Shown here in pieces: positions 19,301 through 29,795 of a stretch of DNA of 64,000 nt (positions are counted from its first letter, which is position 1; each line of letters opens with the position of its first letter). The stretch is from Takakia lepidozioides. Its lineage: Eukaryota; Plantae; Bryophyta. The DNA lies in NCBI GenBank assembly GCA_030704615.1, contig CM060731.1:34472001-34536000 (forward strand), in the 5' to 3' direction. Below the pieces are notes generated by a model that made no database searches, was not told the DNA's origin, and saw nothing but the letters and a program-made list of their open reading frames with translations. Position numbers and translations under genes: made by a program.

Positions 19301-19628
19301 GGATCGTATTTCTACAGTTCTACACCTCAGTTTGAAAATTTTGATTTTAGTTTATTTATGGTAGGCTCTCTAGCAGCCTTAGAGCATCTAGTGCTTGGAT
19401 GATGTCCTCCACTGAAAGGGTACTATCGCATACTACCGTAGTTCCTTAGGTTAAGTCAAACCTCAGTTGACAAAGTTTTAATCATATTATCTGGGGTTGC
19501 TTCTATATTTGATGCAGTCACTGAGGGGGACACTGCTGGCACTGGGGTCTGGGTGCTCCATTCTCTCTGCATTCACGATGGTGGGCCTTATTGTGCTGGG
19601 CACACAGTTGTCTTCTGTCAAGAAGTGA
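13356..19628 (+). CDS. Conserved plant plastid-targeted membrane protein of unknown function, 310 aa, 8 exons (resembles Arabidopsis At5g37360 from memory)
   Basis: GT-AG exons 13356-13655, 14829-14876, 15363-15501, 17250-17326, 17578-17673, 18717-18787, 19132-19222, 19518-19628 join in frame (933 nt). Ser-rich transit-peptide-like N-terminus; blocks LSQAWEQ, GQYQGGELQK, FGDFQVEIT, YANDNAFLL, SLRGTLLAL; two hydrophobic C-terminal segments. Confidence 0.85.
15628..15763. repeat. Short intronic direct duplication (~50 bp, 86-bp period)
   Basis: GGCACTGACAATCTCCCTTTCCTCTCTGCATCTGTTCATTGTTCAAAGAT at ~15628 and ~15714. Confidence 0.85.
15881..16283. repeat. Near-perfect 202-bp tandem duplication in intron 3
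   Basis: GGACATTCTTCGTGCTTCCAA...AAAGTCCCCATCCT starts at 15881 and again at 16083, with only a few substitutions. Confidence 0.92.
16482..17170. mobile_element. Intronic segment bounded by ~65-bp imperfect inverted repeats (MITE-like or inversion scar)
   Basis: AAACATAAAGAATGTACTCATG...GCCATAGCCTTATGGCCATTGACCC (16482-16545) approximates the reverse complement of GGGTCTATGGCCACAAGGGCTACGGC...CATGAGTACATTCTTATGTTT (17114-17170). No clear TSD. Confidence 0.45.
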
Positions 19629-20699
19629 GACACCTTGGTATGCGGGCATGTCGTATTGTAGCATAAACTTCTCAGAAAGCACTAATTTGCTCGCAGGTTT
19701 TGACAATTGAAATGTCACATTTATCTATTAAGAGCTTGCAGTCAAAGAAATGATGACAAATCTATGGCCATTTCGGGCTGTCTGATACTTTATCTGGCTG
19801 CTATTGTTCCATTCTGCACGTATACTTTTGGTTGGCAGTTGGCGTATGTTTGGAGCTTTATTGCCTTCATGCAGTACCTGAAATCAGGCCCACTGAACCT
19901 GCAATTGCAAAGGTCAATAATCAGGAGTAACATCAAGCAACATTTGTGAGTTGATTTGGATGCATGGTTCTGCTGTAGCCTATTTGTTGTGATATTGGGA
20001 AAAAATGGGTTCTCATAATGATGAGGGTGATACTATGTTTGACCTTGGCAGCAGTGGACAAAGCCAAGGGGATGTAAAAGAAGGCAACTTAGGTAGAGCA
20101 CTAGATGCAACAACTCTTCTCAATCTCACCCCTACAGTAATCGTTCCTACCTCTAACATTCCTTTTGGATCATGGCCATTCTCATTTTTCATTGTTGTGA
20201 ACTCCCAGCTTAGTCTACTGGTGACCTCAGTGTTCTTTGCTCAAGGCCAAATGGACATGATTTCCATGTCAGGTTCCATCAAATGTGGATCACACAATCT
20301 TATGTTCCATTCCAGTCATAGGTATACATACTCAAAGCTGATAACCATATGAAGAGGTCCTTGGATTGCGCATATTGGAAATCTGTTAAGGAGTTCTTCC
20401 CAAAAGCATGGCTTCAAGACATATGCACTTAGTTTGTAGGCCGCCAACTTGTGTCAAACTCAAAAGCCAGTCTCAAAAACATAAAAAAAAACCAATGCAC
20501 TGGTACATCATCGTCACGTCATCTGGTCATCTTCTCGGGCAACAACTGAAACTGCCTACCGTACATCTCAAAATCGTGCGTGTCGATTGTGGCAATGTGA
20601 GTGGCTCTGACTCTCGTGGCAAAGAGCTAGAACGCCACTTAATGTATCATTGTACAAATGAATAATCATATATTTATATTTTATATGATCAGATAAGTT

Positions 20700-23355
20700 C
20701 CATCACTTTTCAGAATTTAGAACTTAAGAGAATTATTTGAATAGGTAAAGGTGGATGCAAACTCTTGCTGGTATGTATACTGATACAAATGAACGATAAC
20801 ATATTTTCTATATCTTACAAAATATAATATCTGTCGTTTGTCAGATTTCAGAAGTTGTAGTTATTTGAATACCTGGATGATTCTAGTTACTAGTGTATCA
20901 TGAGTCATATGTATTAATGATAATATATCTATATCTTTATATGATCAGATAAGTTCCATCAGTTTTTAAAAATTAGAACTTAACAAAATTATTTGAAGAG
21001 GTACAGGTGGATGACTCTTGGTAGTATATATATTTTATATCTTATATCACATCATGGACAAATAGATTAATCTATGTAAGCTAAATCTCTATTAATTTTC
21101 AGATTTCAGAACTTATGTAAGATTGTTTGAATAGGTGCATCGGATTTCTTTCCTTGGTACATGTGTTAATGCTAATATATATTACATATCTTGTATTACG
21201 TCGTAGCCAAATATGATCAAATAATCTCTGAAAGTCATGTTATTTGAATAATTGAGCGGTCAATCGTCTTTCACCTATCCATGAAATTGTGTAGGGGCTG
21301 ATACATCATAACCTGGAACCTCACTCTCAGTATGACGATCTACAGGAGTTATGCTTGATTCCCCTCTCAAAGTACTTGACGAAGTAGTAGGATATAATGT
21401 TGCGGGCAGATTTTGTTGGTCACTGGAAACGCCTTGGTCCAAAATATCGTGAAAGGTTCATTTGGGCCGTCTTATAGCTTGTGGCCGGCTAAGCCTTGCC
21501 GGTTGTGCACTTGGCCCTACTGATGTGGCCATAGGTCGTTTGTCGTAAAAGAGGTTCCTCTATGAAAGGTCTAAACCGTCTTGTTGTAAATTGCATGCCA
21601 TCATCAACCCATATCAATGGCTCAGGCAATGGATCATTGATTTTAGTTGCATGATAACATGTACCATTTGTTCAGCACATATCATAGCATGGTGCGTCAA
21701 TTCTAGATTAGGTTCATTTAGCAATTGTTGCCTCACCTCCTGAACTCCACTATCTAACCGACGTATGTCGTTCCCACCAAGAACAAATCCTTCAACTAGG
21801 CCACGATGAACCTAACTACCAGAGTAATGCAAAGCAGGCCCTTGCGAGCCAAGACAAAATGCACTACTTGAAGAACTCAATCCCAAGGAAGACGGAAAGG
21901 TGTACCATAGGGAGGCCTTCGAGAACCGCTGCCCCCTACATGCCCTCCTTGGACACCCTGGCTTGGGGGACCAAACCAGGGAGGATGAAATCCAGGAGGC
22001 ACCCCTTCGGAACTAGCATGTATACCACCGGGGGCCTTGGAGGACCAAATCCTGGAGGGCCGACGTCTTGGGGATCATGATGTATACCACCGGGAGGCCT
22101 TAGAGGACCAAATCCTGGAGCTGGCCCCCCTTGGGGACTATGAAGTCTACCACCGAGAGGCCGTGGAGGACCAGCCCTTGGCGGCCCCCCTTCGGGACCG
22201 GGACGTCCACCACCCGGAGGCCCTGGATGACCATCCTCTGGCGGCCCTCCTTCGGGACCGTGTGGTCCATCACCACCTCCATAATCTGGTGCACGATTAT
22301 CTTTATTGACTCTGTCTTATAATAATGCAACAAACCCTCCTTTTTCTGTGCCAATCCGAGTTCTCAAAGCATGTAATATCCGGCTTTCTAGAAGATTAGG
22401 ATGCATCATGGTGAAAACTTTCAATTGGTGTTTACATATATTTCCTCGTTGTGACCAATGGCATGTGCAACACGCCTACTCAGAGTCTGGATTGCGAATA
22501 ATATAGTCATGCCCAATGTAATAAGTAGTCCAAACATGTGCGGTTCGCCTTGGATGAACATCCCTGTATTATCTATTGGTGGCAACTATACAAAACCATC
22601 GGGAATGGTCCTTGCTTGGACAACAACATTCTCGACCAATTGTTCTTTTTTGCGGTTGATTACAAACCCCCAAGATTTTCTATACTCCATTGCTGAAAAA
22701 TGCCTCTCCACATCCTCGAGCAAACTTTGTACATGTAAGCCAATCAACTCGCCTTCCAATAAGATTTCGTTTGGATATTAAGTACCTACTCTTTAGGCTT
22801 CCATGGTATGCTTCCACTCCAGCATTTGTATTCTGGTTTGCATGGGGGAAATGTGGAGTGGCCTCTATCCACATATCTACATTACATATATATTGTCATA
22901 TGCAACCAAAGTCATGCCCAAACAAACTAAATTTTTTAACTTAGTATAGTAATTACCTGATATTAACATATTACAGCCTAACTTCATTTATATGTCATCA
23001 TGATATTCATTTTCGTTGACCACTAATTTGTGACGCTTGTTGGCCATTTCTTTACTTTTTCTATTTCCAGTTTTGTATAGTGCATTTTTGGAGATCTCAT
23101 CATTTTCTCCAATAATATCAAAGTTAGAGTCAATTATTATTTTTATTTAAAAACTTAATAGATAGGATGATACACTAGTAACTGGAGTCATCCACCTATT
23201 CAAATAACTACAAATAAGCTCTGAAATCTGAAAACCGGTAGATATTATACTTGATAAGATGTATAGAAAATATATTATCATTCATTTCTATCAATATATA
23301 TACTAACAAGAGTCATCACCTATCAAATAATTTTAAATAAGTTCTAAAAATTCTG
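20700..23355 (-). mobile_element. Decayed Mutator-like (MULE) transposon with long AT-rich inverted repeats
   Basis: ~20710-20902 is the reverse complement of ~23165-23355. Between them, minus-strand relics: HANQNTNAGVEAYHGSLK (catalytic-E region, ~22790-22845) and a SWIM finger CTC..CKH (~22430-22470), with stops and frameshifts. Confidence 0.7.
21995..22280. repeat. GC-rich 60-bp tandem repeat, ~4.5 degenerate copies
   Basis: Unit like GTATACCACCGGGAGGCCTTAGAGGACCAAATCCTGGAG... recurs every 60 bp (22020, 22080, 22140, 22200). Confidence 0.85.
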
Positions 23356-23740
23356 TAATGACTTACATACTTCATTTTATTTTTCATGAACCTGCTAGTC
23401 CTTAGTTTTCTGCAACCCTTTCCGAACGTTAGGGACGTTAGGGGGGCGGTGCCCCCTTTCTCATCCTCATGGTTTGTACTCCGAGATTATTTTTTCCTCA
23501 CTATATTTTCAAATTTTGGGCCCTTCCATCGGCCTTTAAAAAAATAAAACGTCATCATTCAAATGAATAATGAGAAAGAAATGAAATAACAAGGGCGGGG
23601 CAACGCGGGGGGGAGGTGCAGTGGCTACTGAAGAAGGATGAGGGCGGCTATTGAAGAGGCAGCAAGGTGAGCAACTAAGGGCAACGTGCGAGCCAACATG
23701 GCATGTCAGAGCAGCCCAACCTACTGCCGGACTGCCAGCC
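23348..23740 (+). repeat. ~400-bp direct repeat, copy 1 (left flank of the old Gypsy element)
   Basis: Aligns with 60877-61293, from AAAATT(C/T)TGTAATGAC to GCCAGCC, with scattered substitutions and small indels. Confidence 0.9.
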
Positions 23741-24959
23741 TGTCATGGTTTTAGTCATGGTTAACTAAAATTACCTACTTCTAGTTAACTAGGACATTTT
23801 GGATATTTATATTTGTATTTTGTGTGTTGGGACTTCATTTGGTCTCACATGCCAAGTGAGGTGTCAAACCTCACTTGGGACATGGGGATTGGTTTTCCTC
23901 TTGTGAGTGTTGAGGAGGGCTCATCTTCTTGTAGTTGAGCCTCCATGGGCCTCTCCCACCTCCATAGCTCTAGGTATTGAGAGGGAGTGTGGTGAGGGCT
24001 TTGTAGGGTGGATTCCCTTAGCAAAGATGTCTTTGGCTTGACTTAGTTTATGTGATTGAGTGGATTCATGAGTGGAGTGTTTCCATTGTGTGTTCACTTC
24101 CATTATCACTACAAGAAGATCACCTTATGCTTGTGAGTGCGGAGTGTAAGGATTAGTTTTAGCACTTGTGTTGGTGTATACCAAGGAGTGAGAGAGCTAA
24201 GAAAGCTCAAGTATTTCACAAGGCTTGCAAGGTGCTGCAAGGAGGAGTGTTTTTGCATTGCATCAAAGACGTAGAGAGCTCAAGGAGAGAGCTCTTGAGT
24301 TACAAAACTTTGTAGAGGTGGAGAGCTTAAAGAGAGACTCTTGTATCACAAAGCTTGCATGGTTTTGCAAAGTAAGTGCTTGTATGTGCACTAAGGGTTT
24401 GAGAGCTTGGAAAAGAAAGAGAAGCGTCTTGTGTGTGGAGAAGATAGACACTAGGGTTTCAAGAGCAAAGCTCTAGTACTTGTTCATGGTGTGAAAGAGA
24501 AGCCAAAGAGCGGCACATGCTTGGGTTGGAATAGAAGGAGTACAACAATGATAGCTTGAGGAGCATTGAGTAGCTCAAGAGAAGCTAAGAAGTGGTTGTT
24601 CTATCCATGGTGAAATGAAGCCAAGTGGGGTTTTATTTGGTTGACAAACAAGCAAGCAAAGGCGGCGCTAGAAGGGAGTGCTTTTGCTAGTTCTATGAGT
24701 TCTTGGATTGCTCTTGGTGAAGCAAGTGGTTGACCAAGCAAGTGGCGCATGTGTAGAGCATGCTTTCCAAGTGTGGCTTCCAATGCAAGCTTGAGGAGAG
24801 CTAGAAGGTGAAGTGAGCAAGTTCATTTTTTGTGTATGAGGTGGTGCATGTTGTGGAAGAAAAGCCAAGGAGCTACATAGGCTAGGGCTTGAAGACAACA
24901 AAAGCAACCACTTGGAGAGCATCAAGAAGCTCAAGATGACTCCAAATGGAAGCATGTGC

Positions 24960-25420
24960 GTGAGAATTCTATCTATGATGATGTGAAACCAAACCTAGAG
25001 TATTGAAGAGCTTGGAACACATGTGGGAGATCATTGGAGGTGGTCTTCATGAAGAAATGAGATTGTGGCTCACGGCATGCATAGCAACTTCAACCATACA
25101 TTAGCATGTGACAAGACAAGGAAAGGGAAGGTGAAGCTCATGTATTCATTCCCTTTTTGCTTAAGTTTTGTGGTGGATGTTTGATCAAGCAAGTGATGCT
25201 TGTATGGAGCATGCTCTTTAGGGCTTGTGACTTCAAGTTTGAGAAGATGAGCTCTTGAATAGAGATGTAGATACACATTATGATGAATGAAGAGAACACA
25301 TAGGTCAAGAGGTGCAAGTGTGTGTGACTAGCCCATGCAAGGGAAAGCACATGGAAGATGGCATACAAAATTCAAATTGAAGCAAGGCTTGGCGCTTGTC
25401 ATTGGGCACATTAGCTTGCT
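24960..25420 (+). pseudogene. Possible highly decayed Ty1/Copia pol relic inside the element-1 leader
   Basis: Fragments resembling KPNLEY.RAW (~24987) and VKRCK..DGI...ARL (~25303-25395), across stops and frameshifts. Weak. Confidence 0.25.
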
Positions 25421-25579
25421 ATGAGTTCCAAGGAGATCAAGAGGAACTTGTCAATTTGGGATGAATGCATTGCAAAGTAAGAAAATGCAATCTTGCATGC
25501 ATGTTAGGGGGGAAGATACCAAGAAGAAGGTGTTTCTTACTATACTCTAAAAACCCTAGTCTCCATACTTTTCAAGAAA

Positions 25580-25755
25580 CTGTGTATGGGCTCCCTCTGC
25601 CCACCATACTCTTTTGTGAACAGTGTATGGAACCCCTCTGCCCAACATACACTTTTGTGAACAGAGTATGGGCCCCCTCTGCCCAACATACGTTTTGTGA
25701 ACAGTGTATGGGCTCCCTCTGCCCCACCATACACTTTTGTGACAAGTGTATGGAT
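25580..25755. repeat. 41-bp minisatellite, ~4 copies
   Basis: Unit CAGTGTATGGGCTCCCTCTGCCCA(C/A)CATACACTTTTGTGAA. Confidence 0.88.
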
Positions 25756-26765
25756 ACAAGTGGAGAGACTTTGCCTGCCATACGTTTTCTTTAAAAGTGT
25801 ATGACATATAGGGTGTATCTGGAGGAGTTTTGTCTTTGGAGGATCTTTGGGGGGTCCTTTGAGGAGCTTTTGTAAGACACTTGAAGAGCTCTTGAAGGGG
25901 TGTTTGGAGGACTGTTTGGAGGACTATTAGGGGTCCTTGAAGACCAATATTTGGCAAACATTTGGAGCTTTGGAGGGCTATTTGGAGATCTATTTTGGGG
26001 TCCTTGGAGGCTAATATTTGGCGAGCTTAAGGAGTCTTTGGCAACTTGTCTGAAGGACTTTTTGGGGTCCTTGAGGGCCAAGATTTGGCAGGCTTTGGGG
26101 GCCTTAGTGAGATTGTTTGAGAGACATCTTGAGGGCTCTTTGAGAGTTATTTGAGAGACCCTGGAAGGTAGTTATGTCTGTTGGTCATGAGCAAGAGCGT
26201 TTAGAGATAGGGGGAGACTAGTGGGATGAGAGCATTCTGGATTAGGAATTGCTTTAGTCTCTCTTCCTTGTAGTCTTCCACTCTCTATATAGGCCAAAAC
26301 CTTTCCGTAGGTGGAGACAAGAGTCAGTCCGGGTTTGGGCTGGGGTGTCCTTGCAGGAGCGACACTGTGGAGTGTTTTTTTTTTTTGTGGGGGAGTTACT
26401 GTCTTGATTTTCTTGTGTTTGGATCCCCCCCACACCTGCATGCTTGACTGTTCGTCATGTCAGTTTTGTGTGGGCGCTTGTTTTCATAGGAGGTTGGTCC
26501 AGATTTGATCACCGGCCAATCCTAGAGCATGCTGTCGGTGGTGAGGCTGGGGTGATGACCAGTCAGACCACCACTGTTTCTCTTATGGTGAGGCTGGGTT
26601 GATGACCAGCAGACCATCTGAGTGCTTGCGGTGGATGCAGGTGCAGGTTTATGTTACAAACCTAGTAGCCATAAGCCGCAACAGGTTCTCTACCCGGTTA
26701 CCTTGTGGAAAGGGGGATTAGAGACAGGTTTACAACAGGTGTGGTTGTGAGTTTTCATCACGGAG

Positions 26766-28984
26766 GTGCCACCAGTTGCTGAGGAGAGTGTCGGTACGAA
26801 CACCAGCGATACTAGTGGATATACAAGACGAGGTGTGCGGTTTAGGCCATCTTCACCTTCAGTGTCTTCTGAGGAAGGTTCAGACTCAGAGTTAGGAGGA
26901 TTCTCGCCGAGGGTGCAAGCCATTTCCGTGCCATTGTTGTGGGATACAATGGAGGAAATGTATGGAACTACCAAGGGGCCTAGTTGCAAATTTGGGCGTG
27001 ACGTGGCGTTGACGCGCCAGCGTCATGTCCGACGTCAGCGACGGACATACGTCACGTCACGTCCTAAACGGACGTTACTGTACATAAATATGTTTATTTT
27101 TTTACTTTACTATTGACTATTTACTATGAGAACCGATGTGGCCTCATTACGTGGACTTCATTATTTATCTGTAAAATTTATATATTATGATTTATATTGT
27201 CAATCATGCGACCGTCAGCAACGGTTGATCCGACAATTTGTAAAAAACAAAAATAGGTGCGACCACCAAAAAGGGGTGGTCGCACATTTTTTCTTATTTT
27301 TTAAATGGGTGCGGCCACCAGCAGGTGGTGTTCGCAACATTTTCATTTTTTTTAATAGGTGCGACCACAAGTAGAGGGTGGTCGCACATTTTTTCTTTTT
27401 TTTAAATTGGGTGCGAGGAAGTCGCATGTTATTTTTTTTTTTAAACTGCTGCGACCACCCTTATGCTGGTGGTCACAGATATTAAAAAATAGAAAATTGC
27501 TGCGACCACCCCATGCTCGTGGTCACAGAGATTATTTTAAGGGAAAAAAAAAAAAAAAAAAAAACCAGAAAATTGCTGCGACCGCCCCCCTGCTGGTGGT
27601 CACACCTATTAAAAAAAACAGAAAAATGCTGCGACCACCCCCATGCTGGTGGTCGCAGATATTAAAAAATAGAAAAATGTTGCGACCACCCCCCTGATGG
27701 TGGTCACACCTATTACAAATAAAATAAAAATTGTGCGACCACCAGTAGCGGTGGTCGCAACTGTTTAAGAAAATAAAAAATGCAACCACCTCTGCTGGTG
27801 GCCGCATCTATTTTTAAAAAACAAAAATGCTGCGACAACCCCTCTGCTGGTGGTCGCAACTATTAAATTCTGCGACCACCACCATTTGGAGGTCGCACCA
27901 ATTTAACAATAATGATTTAAAAATGACCTCAAATATTGGCGGATGGAGTAATTTATAAAACAATTCATTCACTTGCCAAGGTGTCGCTTGGAATACAACG
28001 TGTCCACCTACGTGGTATATTTTTTTACCTAACTCATGTTTTACTGAATTTTTGGCAAAACTGACGTGACGTTGGTCACGTCAGCGTCAGGTCCGACGTG
28101 ACGTCACTAATGTGTGCAACCCTACCAAGGGGCCACGTCGGTACTCTGGAGCTGTGGGCACCATCGAGCTTGATGATTTCATACAAGAGTTTGATAGTTG
28201 GTGTGATTTGCAGCAGATGCGCAATCCACAACTGTTTACGCCTTTTATGGCGTGGAATGGGCTGTTTCAACACCTTGAGGGGCCGCCCATGGATGACTAC
28301 CATGAGTTTAGGCGGGGACATGAGGTGGAGATTGAGGAATGGCGGGTGTATTGGTCACCTGACTATGTCTCCATCACTAGAGGCACAAGGGCAGTGGTGA
28401 CACCGGTAGCTACACCGGCAGCTTCTGCAAGCAGCAGTGGGACGTCAAGTGGAACAAGAGCTGGGAAGTCCACCCAAGCTCCTGCTACAGCACCAACACC
28501 TGTGCCTGCCTTTAATCCAGTTGTGGAGTTCTTCGAGAAGATAAGGAGAAACTATCAGGGGATAAAGACGGAGAAATTGCGGAGTTTGCAAGAGTTCCAA
28601 CGAAAGCCTGCCAAGAGTTTGAGGGAGGCTTACACTCGCATGAGGCGCTTGATAAACGTAACCCAAGGGGTTACAAAAGCTCAGGCAGTCCAGTTCTGGT
28701 ATGGGATCCTGGACAAGAAGTTGAGGAGAAGGGTACGGGATGCAACTCTCCTACAAGTGGACCAACCCACCTTAGCAAATGTGTTTTTGCTGGCAGAGCG
28801 GATAGAGCTCAATATGGTGGAAGAGCGAGTGGTCATGGTGGGGTTTGGTCAAGAGACACAACGAAGTGGGGCTCCTAGCCAACAACAACCATTACCCCAA
28901 TGTGCTCAAGGCAACAAGGGGGCTCAGGTGAAGCCCAGGGAAGGACAGAGATGATCTCAATTGTAGAGGTCACTTCCTTCATTC
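26766..28984 (+). pseudogene. gag of element 1, split by an insertion and cut by an inversion
   Basis: GYTRRGVRFRP...MEEMYGTTKGP | RRYSGAVGTIELDDFIQEFDSW...; closely homologous to the gag at 36986-35000 on the minus strand. Confidence 0.9.
26981..28121. mobile_element. Non-coding foldback-like insertion containing an array of palindromic units
   Basis: Interrupts gag cleanly; CTACCAAGGGGCC is duplicated at 26968-26980 and 28122-28134. Ends GTTGCA...TGCAAC with TGACGT-rich subtermini. About 12-13 TGCGACCACC-n-GGTGGTCGCA units at 27257-27897. Confidence 0.85.
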
Positions 28985-29059
28985 TAACAGAGCTGGCACA
29001 GCTGTAGTGCCCGTGGCAAATCCCATTGCCCGCTCTCGCTCATCTGCATTGGGCTCCAC

Positions 29060-29144
29060 TGTCGTGCGCATACATATCGCTACACAACTACATCGCTGTC
29101 CAAACCACACCACACATATATGCACAATAAAGTAGTCTAGCACA
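29060..29144 (-). repeat. Terminal repeat B2 of element 2 (85 bp)
   Basis: Identical to 29305-29389. Confidence 0.95.
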
Positions 29145-29146
29145 AT

Positions 29147-29302
29147 ATGAGCTGCGCGACTGCCGCTCTCGTGAAGATAAGACAGACCAGGTGTCAAACT
29201 AAACTTGACACCTGATTTAACACTTGACCTAAATCCAAGTGTTAAATACAAATAACTAGTTTTATTCTAGCTGTTTTCACATTGTGCTTATTTAACTTGA
29301 CA
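29147..29302 (-). repeat. Terminal repeat A2 of element 2 (156 bp)
   Basis: Identical to 55169-55324. Confidence 0.95.
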
Positions 29303-29304
29303 GC

Positions 29305-29389
29305 TGTCGTGCGCATACATATCGCTACACAACTACATCGCTGTCCAAACCACACCACACATATATGCACAATAAAGTAGTCTAGCACA
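29305..29389 (-). repeat. Terminal repeat B1 of element 2 (85 bp)
   Basis: Begins TGTGCTAG directly after the PPT-like tract, ends CGACA, and is joined to A2 by GC. Confidence 0.95.
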
Positions 29390-29404
29390 ATCGCCCCCCT
29401 AGCT
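29390..29404 (-). promoter_or_regulatory. Polypurine-tract-like sequence of element 2
   Basis: Minus strand AGCTAGGGGGGCGAT immediately precedes the TG of B1. The same 15-mer precedes B1 of element 1 (60411-60425). Confidence 0.75.
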
Positions 29405-29649
29405 GGTGGATAGGTCCCTCTACCTCCAGATAGCTACAAGATGTAATAGCCAGAGCCGTACTAAGTCCTCTATCACTGTCTTTATCGTGCTCAAACTCTA
29501 TCAACCAAGAGGTCGGGTACAAGAGTAGCCCCATCGTTAGTCGCCGTCTTGCAATCTATGAACTTGAGCCAAGATCTCGTGTGTTCAAGGTCTCCTAGTA
29601 GCTGGGCCTTGCGTTTCTTGTTAGCCTCCCATGGTTGTATCCACTCCCA

Positions 29650-29795
29650 CTATCCAATGCAATGTGGACATAACCAATCCCCATCCGGAACCATCTCAAG
29701 AGGTGGAGTCAAGCATCCCATATGCCAACCTCTAGAGCACCGATCACATACCAGCATGGTGGCTGCCCCTTTAGCAGACCCACACAACATGCACC
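29650..29795 (-). CDS. PHD finger at the integrase C-terminus
   Basis: CMLC...LVCDRCSRGWHMGCLTPPL..VPDGDWLCPHC = C4HC3 with the conserved W. Confidence 0.92.

Noticed and set aside
27257-27897. CRISPR-like array of palindromic repeats with spacers
   Set aside because: Spacers are low-complexity A/T runs similar to each other, repeats are degenerate, there are no cas genes, and the context is a eukaryotic transposon.
29060-29389. Independent TRIM or solo LTR (B-A-B)
   Set aside because: The TSD pairs 29056-29059 with 55325-55328, A matches the far end of the element, and element 1 repeats the B-GC-A layout.
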